From NCBI RefSeq assembly GCF_964194025.1, contig NC_134468.1:87792001-87856000 (forward strand): a stretch of 64,000 bases of DNA, read 5' to 3'. Numbering within the stretch: the first letter of the stretch is position 1; each line of letters begins with the position of its first letter. Shown one piece after another: positions 1 to 13,100 of the stretch. This DNA is from Convolutriloba macropyga (lineage: Eukaryota). The position numbers and the translations under genes are program-made. The notes below the pieces were generated by a model. The model worked only from the letters and a program-made list of their open reading frames with translations. It had not been told where the DNA came from and made no database searches.

Positions 1-211
1 CATTTTCGACGGTTTTCTTACCAATTTGAAAAATAACAAAATCGTAATTTTTTGAAAAAAATTTTTAGCTTCTGTGAATACAGAAGTCGCACCGACGCAA
101 GACTAAGCATCATTGCACCAGAGCAATCCAACAGTTAGGTTGGAAAATACCAAAAGACTCTAAGAAAATTTTCAACACTTAAGATGAAGCGGTTATCGCA
201 GCTGGTGTTCA

Positions 212-720
212 TCCCCAGACTATTTGATTGATTTTTGCTGAAATTTTGAAGTGTTGATTTTATGTTAGGAATGTGTCGAAAGATGTGGTGCTGTTTTGTG
301 AGAAAAGCGATGAAACTCTGTAGGGAAAGTGCTTGGGGCGCTGAAATACTCTTTTTTCCCAAGCGCTAAAATTATGAAAGAATTTTGCTGAAATTTTAAA
401 GCGTTGAGTTTTTGTAAGGAAGGTGACAAAAGATGTGCTGTTTTTGTAAGAAATTTGCTCTGAATTTATGTAAGGATTGCTCTAAAAGTGCTGAATTCGG
501 AATTTTTGTTTTTGCTGAAACTATGTAAGAGATATGCTGAAAAATGTGTTAAAAATTTGTAGGAATTGTGTTGACAAGCGCTGAAAATTTTTTTATTCAG
601 CACATTCAGCCCCTATAACAACTTTCAACACATTCAGCATATTCCTTGCATAATTTCAACACTTTTAGCTCATTTCGTACAGAATTTTCAGCTTACACCC
701 GCTTAAATCTCTACCCAGGA
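212..720. repeat. MITE-like element built of gctgaaa motifs
   Basis: Repeated gctgaaa(t) units in the left part and their reverse complements (ttcagc/ttcaac) in the right part; ends not resolved. Confidence 0.4.
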
Positions 721-1170
721 ATGTAATTGTTATATTGAAGGAAAAAGTGCCATTCTTTGCGCATGCATTACTTGATTACTGATCTTCTGCGCTGTTAATA
801 AAGTGCACGTAGTTTTACCTGAAATGTGCAAGTAATCCTACTGCACAATTTACAGCTGTAGTCTAAACAACGCTGTCAAATTCGACGTGATGAAGAGATC
901 AGTAGTTACATGGTTAAGTGTCTTTTTTTATGGCATTAGCAAAAAATTCTACAATGGGAGCCAAGGAAAAGATATTTTTTTTGAAAAAAATATTGTCGTT
1001 ATACAAAATATTATAATGAGAGAGTGTGTTTCCGTGTTTGCATAACTGTTGAGTTACAAAAACTAGAAGTATCTATTGCTAGAATTGTTTGAATGTTGAG
1101 AGAAAACAACCTAATGTAATTTGTGCATGAGATAAGCTGGCACTGTCTCGAATCTAGTACTGGTCCATTT

Positions 1171-1185
1171 TCACAGTAGTTGCGC
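1171..1185 (-). CDS. Putative terminal coding exon (AQLL*)
   Basis: tacag| acceptor, then GCG CAA CTA CTG TGA in phase 0. The pyrimidine tract is weak, and the true last exon could lie outside the window. Confidence 0.4.
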   Translation of the reverse strand, partial: AQLL

Positions 1186-4100
1186 CTGTATAGATCCCTC
1201 ATGACGAATTTCATTTTTTACTACTTTTTTACTTGGTTTTAACGTGCAATGTTTTTTTTTTACTTTTTAACATAATTTTACATAATTTTTACATAATTAC
1301 AATGTTTTTATGTAAATATTATGAAATTCTCTTTTTTCCGACAAGTCATATACATAAATTTTCATATAATTGCCAATTTTTGGTTAATAATGCTAATTTT
1401 TGCAGTTGAATATAATTGAGTTTGATACTGTTTTCTATATGACGTATCTGAAGATTTTGAATATGTGTGCAATATCAGCTCGCCAACGAAGGTTAATGAG
1501 TTGGTTTGAAAGTTTTGGGGTGAAATTGTATCCAACTTTTTTTCAATTAGTATTTCCATCATTATGTTTCCATTACTTATCGAACCTTGAGCAAGGCCTT
1601 ACAGAATCCAAGCCCAGTCAACATTCACATTTTTCAAACATTTCTGAATAATTAATGTCAACTAAAATCAGCGAATCAGGGACAAATGTTTACAAAACTG
1701 ATAATACTCACAGTAAATCACAGATAAAACAGAAAATCAATGTCAAACTGCCGCATGTGAACAAAAAACCATAAGCGTGAAATTGAAATTTAGTTCAAAC
1801 AAAAAACTAGGCCTAGAATGAACTATAAATTGATTGGGAAAACCACTTACAAAAAAATCCGGTCCAAAAAATCGAAAAAAAAACTGTAAAAATCAAAGTG
1901 AAATTGCCGCATGTGAACAAAAACCACTAGCGAGAAAGCGAATTTTTGTTCCAACACCATTTTCTCACTCTACTTTAAATTTAGAGCAAAAAAATTTCAC
2001 ACCGCAAAACCACTCGCTTTTTTGGTCCACTTCCGGTATCGGCGTTACCAAAATCACTACTCCAATTTGACTTCAAAAATCTTGAAAATGTGTGAACAGA
2101 TCTTTAAAAAAAGACACCGCCCCAATACAATTCAAATTCTTTGAATTGTAACAACCACGATGTCACCAATAATAGCCGCTATCGCTTCGCGGCTATTGAT
2201 AAAACTGATAATACTCACAGGTTCTTTATGTTTATCTTTCTTCTTATCGTGGTCCGGGTCATGAGATGATGGTTGTTTTTCTGATCCATACTCGTTGTAC
2301 ATTACGACCTCCTTAGATGAGTCGCTGTGACTACTCTGGTCTTTACCCCTGTCGTCTTTCTTCTTCTTTTCATCCGCGGAGTAGTAAACCTTGTATTTGT
2401 GCCCACCATCTGCGTCATAGGCGTAATAGTAGCCACCTGAACCAATTAAGCACCATTCAAAAATTGAAAAGAGATCAATTTAACTGTTTCGAACAAGAGA
2501 TTTCGAGATCCGCAGTCACTTTTACAGTCGCAATAATTTAAAGTCCCAATAATTTAAAGTCCCAATAATTTAAAGTCCCAATAATTTCAAGAAGAATGGG
2601 ACCCGAGTCCCGAAAACGACAAGTCATTTGAAAAAAATCAACGCTATGTTTGGTTTCAAACCTAAGAAAGCTTTGGAATGGTCGGTTTCATCGGTTTCGT
2701 CCAAAAAAAAGGTTTGGTATGAATAATTTTAGAACGTAAAAAAGCTTCCGTGTGTTCGGTTACAAAAGGAAAAAGTTGTTTTTAATTCCATACTATTACT
2801 TTTTTAAAATAAATACGCGGAAATTCCAAACTTGCATCTCGGAGAATTTTGTTTTCAGAAAATGTGCGAATTTATTGAAATTTTATTAGCTCGATGACAA
2901 AACTAGTCGAAAAAAGATTTTTTTTATTTAGTTTAAGCTAAAAGATGAAACCAACATGTTAAACAAACATAACCGACTATCATTCGGCGAATTGTTCTCA
3001 AAAGATTGGCAAGCGGTTTGCTTCAGTAGAAGCCGGCTAGAGCTTAGGGCTGCTAGCATGCTAGGGGTGTCAAGCAATAGGGGGAGATATGGTTGGTAGG
3101 GCTGTACAAGAAGGGGGTCCAAATTGCCAGGTGGAGGATGGTGAACGATGGAGCGCTGTGGATGCGGGATGCGAGTGGGGGTGAGTGGCTGAGTGTAGCG
3201 GATGTTAAGCGAGTGTATCACTCTTGCCGCTCTTCACACCAACAAATTTGCTCCTCAAAACAGTTTCAGTGAATCTCATATTTAAAAACTAGTATGACAT
3301 AAGGCTCTAAGAGAGTTGCAAAGCCACATAATGCATTCCGGGCGTTAACTGTTTATCTCCCGCTTTTGAAGACAAAAATTTAAAAAGGTCAGACGAAAAT
3401 TCTGTCAAGCGAAAAACTGCATAAAAAGATTGCAGGGCTAATATAATTGCAAAATACTTTGTTGGGGAGCAATTAATTAATTAATGGCGATGCATAGGTG
3501 TAAACCGGGTTAGGAACAATTAATCAAGGGATTCAATTCACTAATTATTATTCACCGAGCCTTGATATGATTAGGAGAAAAAAATTAAATAAATTGTTTT
3601 TCTATATTTTTAAGACTATAAAAACATACCAATGACACCGAAAAAACTCAACGAGGAACTTGAAATTTTTTATGTTTGAAATCTATATTTTCTATATTTA
3701 AAATGTGTATTTTCTATAAGTTTTCTATGTTTGAAGCCTAAATTGTCTGGTGTAGGGAAAGAATTCTAAAGAAACCTGTCTTTTTCCTTCCATCACTTTT
3801 GACACTTCTAAAATTAAATTAGAGAAAGACATGAGAGTAGTGGTATTATTCTAAAACCCTTGTGGCGCGCTCATCAATAATTTCTTTGATTTATCCAACC
3901 GACATTTAGTTGAAGTTTACCAAAAATTTTCTTCATTTTTTAAAAAAATGGGCAACGTCAAACTCATGAAATAATATGGAGATACGGATATGGAGAACTT
4001 TTTCTGAATTTTAGATTTTTTTTTGTGAATTCTGCAGTAATTCAAAAAATGGTTGCATAGAAAAACATTAAATTTTTTGTTTTTCAAACCTTTTTTATTT

Positions 4101-7100
4101 AACATTAGTTTTTTTTCAATTTCTAGTATGTCGAAACATTCTGGTTTCTGACAATGTTTAATTTCAAATAAATTTTTAATGGCACTAATAGTAAAACTGT
4201 TGAATTTCAAAAGTTTTTTTATAAAAAGATATGTTATTTTACAATATCAATTTTATTCCAACAAGCAGGATTTACTTTTAGTTCAATCATTTGAACGTTT
4301 TGTTCATTAATCAAATAATGATAAAAAATGTCTTAAAAATGTTTGAAATTTTTTCCAAATATTAATTTGAGGCACATAAATGTTTTTTTTTTCAACTTAA
4401 TAAAACGTAATAAGTAGCTGATATAAGTAGGTTACTGATATGCTGCTGGGATCAACAGTCCCAAATTTAAAAAACTCAAATATATTTATATGCAAAATCA
4501 CAAAAATCACATTTTTTATATAAAATAATATGCAAAATTTATGAAAAGTGAATTTTTTGGTTTTTACGGGCTGCGAATCGAAGTGGAGCTGAGTCGCTAT
4601 TGGCAAAATTCTTGCATTTCATATTTTTGCGGTTTTGCCTACTTTCAAAGCTTTAAACATTTTATTATCAAAGGCAAACCCTTTTTCGTGATTCGACGCA
4701 CTTTTAATTTGCCAACAAAATTAATGTCAAATGGTAAATTTAAACTATCAACTAGCTTTTCTTGCTTTTTGCAGTCATTTTACATTGATTGTCACTTTTT
4801 CTCATTTTATCTAAAACGGCAACCTTCAGTGGACAAACTTTTTTAATCCTTTCCAACTTTAGTGGGGGAGAGGAACTACATTTTCAAATGTTTTTTTTGC
4901 TTTGTCAATTTTCGCCGATAGATATATTCATCGTAGAGAGATTTGTGTGGTATCATTTAAAAGCCCGTCAAGTGTAACAAATAGAATTAAAATGTTTTTT
5001 TCCGAGTTCTGTTTTTGCCAAGTAAAAATTGAGGTTTACAGTTTTGTGAGTAAAAGACCAATTACCGTTGTTTTTGTTCATATTTTTTTGTCATTTTAGC
5101 CTAATTTTTTTTTATTAATATTGCTAAAAATTGTTCAAAATCACAAGAATAGTGTTATTTTACCAATAAGGACAGAGAAGGGTTGCTGAATAGTTTGATT
5201 CGAGTTTTTTGTTAAAATTTAGCTTTATTGTTCGAAGTTCGGACTTTCTCATCAAAAATGTTGTCAAATATGCTCTCAAAGCCCATTTTTTTTAAGTTTG
5301 CCAGAAGTAGAGACCTGAAAACTGCTAACAGAATCATTTCACCTGCAGAAGAGGGCTATTTCTGTTCAAACTTCCTACAAAGAACTCCTTTAATTAAAAA
5401 ATTGGCCGGTTTTCACTAATTTAACTCGTATGTATACAAAATGCATCGTTTGTATTTGATATTGAAAGATTTCATTCGCCTAATTGTTTTTTTTGCTGAT
5501 AATTGGAAAAATTAGAGGGTTAGTGGGACCTGCAGCTACATCAGGGCTAGCTTTGTTCTCTTTGTCGAGTCTTATAGTCTAAAATTCGTTTGAAATATAG
5601 TGGGCCGCGATCTTTTTTTTTGGGAAAATTATTTGCAATTTTTAGTTTGCCTTTTTTATGTTAATTACTCAATAAAATGATTTCATAGTAATATCCAATT
5701 GAAGCAAGCCCCCTTTAACATAAAATGAGCTCCAATGAACACAAGATATTAGCTTTTGAGTTTGAGTTCATGTGTATTAAGACTCCGACAAAACGTTTTA
5801 AAAAATTTCAACTGAATTCTTGTGTTTTGCTTGCACTTACTGTTCATTTTGCAGGTTCATGAATTAGTCTCACTATATAAAAAATTTATTTAGCTGCTGT
5901 GTTTGTTAGAATCATAACAATAGCGTGTTTTCAATTGATATCTAATGGCTTTCATTACTTTGTACTTATTTGTTTTGCAAAAATAAGAGTGAAGTTCTGA
6001 ACTGTGCATCATTTATATCATCTGTAGCCTAGTCTCGGTAAAAAAGCTCATACATTTTTTCATTTGAAATAGCATTTTGTTTCCGTAAGGGTTCTAATTT
6101 TTAATACCGTTTCTCGGCTTTGGTAATACCATTTTCCTAAAAACGTTTTGATTTATTCATGATTGCCAATTTTTGAGGTTCAATTTTGTTTGCTTAGCAA
6201 TTCTCTTTATTGAAAAATCTAAGTGACGTCTAAGAAAAAGCAATGAAATTTTTTCAATTTTCTTGATGAATGTATTATGGTTTTGACTGCTGCGACACTG
6301 TTCTCTCGTAAATTTTTCAAAATTTTAAATTTTTACAATTGTTTGTTGTTGTTTTGTGGTTGTCAAAAATTTTTTTTAGCTCATCAAAAGTCTCAATTGT
6401 TTCCCTTGAAAATTAGAAGGGGCAAATTCATTAATTTCATTTTGTAGATTTTGGACTTAATGACTTTCATATAAATCATTGTCTAAAAACAAATGGGAAT
6501 TTGATGTTCTTGATTTTTTCTTGCCTCGAAATGATCATTCTTATTTCCATTATTGATCGGTCTTACCACTTTTTTGCTGAAGCAATTATTGACTAATTTG
6601 TTGTTTATTTTATTCAACTCAAGTTTATAGGGCTAAGACCATTTGTTTTTAAAAGAACTTTTATGAGTTCTCAGAAATGGTCATTGATTCATGTTCGTTC
6701 GTCTTTTTCACGTAGACCCTTTACAAAGAGGACGATTGATTATCAACTGAGATGAGAAGCAAAAAAATACCTTCAGACCATCACACTCTTAATTGTTTTT
6801 GATATCTCACAGTTTTAATGGCTTCAATACTGTGGTTTCGGAGATTAGTTCTTTTAATTTTGAGTTCTGGTCATGTTCATTGTTTTGTGAAGTCTTATTG
6901 CTTAGTCTCATTCAGAACACTCCGAATTTTACAACAACGGAGTTAAAGATTAAATTGTTTTCTTTTTCTTGTCTGTTGAAAGCTAATTGTTTTCATGATA
7001 TTTAAATAAAAAATCAGCATTATAAAATAAAATAATGATTCAGCTTTTTTAATTTTTAGCTTCTTTCGTTTAAAGGTGGCTTAGTCTCTGTAAAGACAGG

Positions 7101-10100
7101 CCGTATTTTCTTTCCAGAGAATCAAGGAGCAGTTTTGTAATTGATTTATTATCAAATAATGGTCTCTTGGCTTTGATACTACGCATTTTTATTTGAAAAA
7201 TGCCGTTTTAGTTATATGCGATATCTGAGTGTTGAAATTGTTCTTTGTTTCCTGGCCGCAACAACTAACTAATCGGAGTTTTTCGGGCTTTGACAGAATG
7301 CAAAATTGATTTTATATTGCTTGTAGTGAATTTATTACGATATATCGGCTGTGACAAGGTTTTCCTGCTAAATTTTTTTGTTTGTGCACTCTGCCCTTTC
7401 TGCAATTATTTTTCTAATTGTTACGATGTTTCATTAAGGACAAGTTTCATATCTATTTAGCGATGTAGAGGTCAATTTGTTTTTTTAGGCGTTATCTAGT
7501 GCCATTTTCATTTTGTGATTTGGTTTTTTATCAACGTTGACATCTAGTATTTTTTGTTTTTTTTTATTCTTCATATCTCGTATTTTCATCATATGGAAAT
7601 ATCAATCTTCTAATGCGGCATTACTTTCATTTAATGGTTTGTTGAACAATATAGAAATCTTTGAAATTTCCTATCTCTTCCGGTTGAATAGACCATTAGG
7701 TCAAATATGCACATGAGCGGGGTCGGAACATTACGTGTAAAGTCACATTACCGAGCATCCGCGTCTCATTTTAAACGCTTTTTCCGATTCCACTAATTTT
7801 CAGATCACCTTTTTAAACAAATAAGAAAAACATAGCCGGAAAATTGCCGAAAATAGCGGCAATTGCTTGTTTGCTTCCATGAATCAAAACAACTAATAAA
7901 ATAATATAGACAGATTGACCACCAGTCATTAATAGACCAACGGAATTTTTGGTTAGATCCGGCTGTCATTTTTAAGTGACATATAGACTCTTTGAGGATA
8001 AAACACTGATGAAGTTTTGTCAAAACTAATATTTCAAATACAGAACTCAAGTCTCTTATACTCAATAATTGGTTCATATACGTTTGACACTACCTAGATG
8101 CACACTATTGACCTTTAACTAGTAAATTCTCATAAAATTTAAAGTTCCAGAAATGAATTCAAAAGTCGTTTTTAATTGAGTTAACTCACACAACTGAACT
8201 TAAAGCAGAATGATGTCATGCACACAAACATTAACTGCAATGCACTAGAAGTCACTGCAGTTATTGAAAAAGTCAATTCCAAGAAGTCATGTAGTAAGAA
8301 TTGCCGATGGAGACGACGAATTAAAAAAACATAGAAGGACGAGTCCAGAAAAACAATTGAATAAATTGTTTGACAAATTTAGAAGTGCTTTAGCAGACCA
8401 CCAGAACAATTGAATAATGCCAGCCAAAACACAAACAAAATCTTTTTCATTTGAAAGAATTGAGAAACTGAAACAATCAAACAAACTAAACAAAAAAATA
8501 CTCAATGCCAAAACTCTTGAAGCTTTTACCCCGCGGGTAAAATTTGATCTTATTAAATGCACCTATTTCAAAAATATGTTCAGTTTCAATTTGTCTCTGA
8601 AATAGGCAAGGATTATATCTGCAAGACATGAAAAAAACTCATTGACTCTTGGTGATCGATTAACTCAGAAAATGGAAGACGATTTTTTTTTTAAAAAAAG
8701 AAATTACAAATTCTAAAGAAATTTTGCCAAAAATTGTGATATTAATATTATCAGAATCCTATCTTTGTCTCTAGAGGCAATCCAGTAACCCAAATCCAGG
8801 CCTTTAGAATTTCACTGGCTCGTTCTGGAAAACTATTCCGCTGCCCCCTACGAAAGCTAGCAACTGTGTAACAACAGACTATGTAACCCTGGAGAAAGTT
8901 ACTTAACTAAACCGGCAAGAAAAACTTAATAAAGACAATGTTTTTAAAAAAATGCAAAGTTTATCAAATACTTCTAAAATTCCAATGTTAAATTGTAGAA
9001 AAAAATTTTCTAGACGTTAGCAACTATGAAGTATCTTTTTATCAGACGGTGGAAGAAGTTTTATGTCACTTGAGAATGGACAAATATCAAAAATCGACGA
9101 AAATTTTAGGAAAACTTAAAAAAATGACAGACTTTATGAAAAAATTTTATTATTGGAAACATTAAAGAGTTGAAAATTTTTCCATTCTTACTAGAAACTA
9201 CGCAGTGACCTATTACCAAACCCTAAAGGAAAACTTTCAAAAAACTTGAAGAAAAAGCAAAAATTAGTATCATTTTGAGTTTTTGTGTTTGTAGTACCCT
9301 TACATACAGCTCAAAGAATGCTCATAAAAAGTAATTTTTTCTCGCAAATGACCTTTATCAGCATTGGAAAACTTCAATCTAACTGCAATAAAACATAAAA
9401 CTAAAAAAAACATGAAAAATTGCACCATTTTGAGCCCAAAAACTCCAAAAATTGACCTTTTAAACTTAGATTGATGCCATCTGGGCAGCTTTATTTTTCT
9501 GAGTTTTTCGACGACAAATAAAACCTACTCTGAACCTCTAATGAAACCTGATGCCCGCTTGGCTTTTCCTGATTGTCCCGTTTTGAAATATCAAAGTCAT
9601 TGAAAAGTGTGTGAAGACATCTAAAAAAATATACCAGGAAAAGCCTTTAGGCAAAATTCATGTGAATGTATTATTTATAATCTGACACCAATTACTCCAC
9701 TTTAAAAGGCAAATGAGGGCTGTTAGTGCTGAGACTAAAAATTTCAAATTTTAATTTTTCAAAAAGACAGGATCAACATAAAAAAACTGCTATTAAATCA
9801 AACAGCCAACTTTATTTCTCTTTTGCTCAAGAGCAACCTGTCAAAAATTGTCAATTAGTCTCACTAATAACATTAAATGATAAGACAAAAATGACCAAAA
9901 TTGCAATAAAACTCGCTGAAGCTTTTTGAAAATATTTGGTATAAAAGTCACAGAACGCAACAGCTACTGAAGGATTCAATTGCATCAATTAATTGAGTCC
10001 CCCAATGGCCACAATTGAGACCTATCATCAATTAGAGTAAGTGATATCTCAACAATAGTTATGCTAGTTTTTTTATCTCAACAATAAAAAACTAGCACAA

Positions 10101-13100
10101 CTAAAAAAATTCACGAAGATTTTATTAAGAAACAAACAAGCGTCCTAGTCACAAAAAGTAATAGCTATGAACTGAAATGACTTGTTCTTATTGAAGCCTT
10201 TTTAGCAATCAGTGAGATCTCTCAATTATGAGACTAAGAATTAAGATGACACAGTTGAAAAGAAAAATTCGGAAAACTCCAAATTCGATAGTTTTTAATG
10301 AAAACAATTAGTGTCGAAGTCATAGAAAGCACTAGATGAGAACAAAAACGATTAATTGGACAAACTTTACCCCTATAAGCAGCATCAAAGACTTGTCCTC
10401 AATGAGATTAAATGATAAGACATCAAACAAGTCAATAATTACTTGCAGAACTTTATATTCAAAGAAATAAGAAAAAGTATTTTTGAGAAAAAGTAGTGTC
10501 AAAGTCATGAAAACCACTAGCACCAATACAATTCAATTTGTTTGTTTTGTAAAATTGCAGCGCCACAATACAATTCAAAATTGTTCAATTGTAAAAAAAA
10601 CCTCGATGTCCCCAATAATAGCCTATATCCCTTTGCGGCTATTAATAAAACATATTTCAATACATTTTCTTCATAAATTTTTCTTCCCTCTCAATCGATG
10701 TCACCTCTTTCTAAATATTCTACTTGAAAAAATTTCTGTTTTCGTTGCTGTATTGCATTATCACTGGAACATTAACAGGTAGATCAGAACCCATATCCAC
10801 TTCGGACATGTTTGCTCAATCTATTTTATTTACTAATGCGTTGGTTCTTAATTATTTTTCATCCCCTAGCTAAAAAATGATTCCGTGGCGAAATATACGG
10901 TACATGCCATGCTCTAGCACCCGATATTACGACAATAAATAAAGAAAAGGGTTTCAGGTTCTATCGCCACAAAATTATGTCTCCGATGCATTGGGAAAAG
11001 GTCTGAATGAGTCGAAATTGAAAAGAAAAAATCAACATTCCTTTTTTCTTCTTTGACTTCCTCCTCTTCTCTCCATATGTCTTGTCCCTCTTTTTCTTCT
11101 TGCTTCGATGACGATGTTTCCTACTCTGTTTATGACCTGAAACAGTTCACTATAAATTTTCAGAAGTTGTAAATCAACATTGAAAAGTCTTTTGTTCAAC
11201 CGCTTAAAAACCATGCTCAGCCCAACCTGCTTATAAAAATAGTTAAAACTTCACTCGATCAGTTACAGAGAGTTTAATAGACAAGTCATCACTTAACCCC
11301 CCCCCCCCCCCCCCCCCCCACCTCCACCCTCCCTCACTAAAAAAATGTTTATAAGTAAAACCTGGGTGCTAATAAGAATTAAAAACATAAAACGACTAAA
11401 GTCGGGTGAATTGATCTCGAACAACAGTCGTGGGTTAATTAACTTAGAGGGGTTGTACCTTGGAAAATTTCAATGGGTGCAGAAAAAAACGCACGTACAG
11501 GGGATCGAAATGCTGACCTCCAAATTAGCAGTCCCAAATATTTACCCCCCAGCCACATTATCTTTGACTTCATTTCGCCCATGATCACTTTTACAAACGA
11601 ATTTGAATTGAAAACGAGAGGGACTTAGATGAATCAAAAATGAACAACTAAAGTGTGAAAAAGTCACCCGAAAAATCAAGACACGTTCCAGAACAAAAGT
11701 TCCAGAGGAGAAGTTTGAAATTGAAACGTAAAGAACTGCATAAAATGTTCTTAATGCTATATAACACTGGCTGGGCAATAGCGGAAAATATCTTTAGGTT
11801 CAACTGATCTGTTGTTAAGCTTCACTTTATTTTAGTTGAAAAAATTCATTTCAAGAGAATGAAAACTCGCTGAGCATTACGTTTACTAACCGTGTCCGAA
11901 CGTAATGCTCCTTCCAGTTTGTGCTCAATTAAGCGTATAACAAACGAATGCAACATTAAGGAAAGAAAATTAATTGAGGTTGCTCTTCGTGGTCGATTAC
12001 AGAAAACAAGGTTAACCGGATCTATTCTGTTTCTTGCTCTTTGCTCTTGCTCTTGGAAAATTCAAACCATTGGGTCCTCTTGGAAAATTCAAACCATTGG
12101 GTCCTCATTGGGTCCTACCATTCTCTCATGGGCATTGCGAGACGCAGCTAGTGAATAAGCTGAGCCTATTTGTTTTCTATTGAGTGAGTTTATAAAAACA
12201 GAAACATTCCCTGCTGAACTCGAAAGAGCGGACATCACTCCACTTTTTAAAAAAGGAGACCTTGATGATCCTTTAAACTATCGACCAATTTCGTCAACAC
12301 CAGCATTAGCAAAACTTTTTGAATCTCTTAGTAAACAATAAATTGATGAAAATGTTCATAAGAATGCCCTGCTTTCTAAAACACAGTTTGGTTTCAGAAA
12401 AAAATTTTCTTCAACAGATGCGCTCGTTTATTTAACTGAAAAAATAAAATGCAACAAAAACGAGAAAAAAAACTGCAGCAGCATTTTTAGATCTATCAAA
12501 AACTTTTGAGTCCATTAATCACGAGCTCATGATTATAAAAGCTTTCCATTCTTGGATTTTCGATACCAGCTCAAAATCTATTTATGAGCTATCTTTCAAA
12601 CAGAACACAAAGAGTCATAATCTGTTAGCGCCACTTCAGACCAGCTAGAAAAGCCATCAGACAGCAAGAAATAACTTTTGAAATTGAAAAAACTTAGAAT
12701 TTGTCAAAACTCAAAAATGGTCAAAAAAGAAAAATTTTACAAGTTGGGACCGAAATTCTGTACACCACCCCCCCCCCCAATTTTGGGAAGGCAAAACCCG
12801 AGCAACCCGAGGTTATGGCAGACGGTTAGGGTTACCTCTAAGCTACTCATGGACCCAGCGAACATTATTGCATCAGACCCACAAGTGTGGCTATTAGCAC
12901 TTAAATGGTGCAAAATTGGCATTTTTCGATATTTTGTTATTTATTATTAATTTTCTTAAGTCGTTTATTTTATGATACTTTAGATGATCACTAAAGGTGA
13001 AATACCGTACATTCGAGGCATTTAGAGCCACGTAATAACCATCCCTGCTTATGTCAACAAAAGCAAATATTGCAGTAATTTGACATTTACTATGTAAACA

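Noticed and set aside
1834-2070. Similar ORFs at 1834 and 28820 suggesting a gene family
   Set aside because: Both lie in copies of the same non-coding repeat, and the frames are not conserved between copies.
8005-8035. ctgatga followed by a small stem, hammerhead-like
   Set aside because: No GAAA follows stem II and stems I/III cannot be formed.
10705-10765. Possible extra exon (DNAIQQRKQKFFQVEYLER) that would avoid the GA donor
   Set aside because: It needs two weak donors (gttgat, gtgaca) and its composition is unlike the other exons. It is kept only as an alternative to test.
12678-12950. ORFs repeated at 12678 and 19974
   Set aside because: They lie within the two LTRs, differ by frameshifts and show no protein motif.
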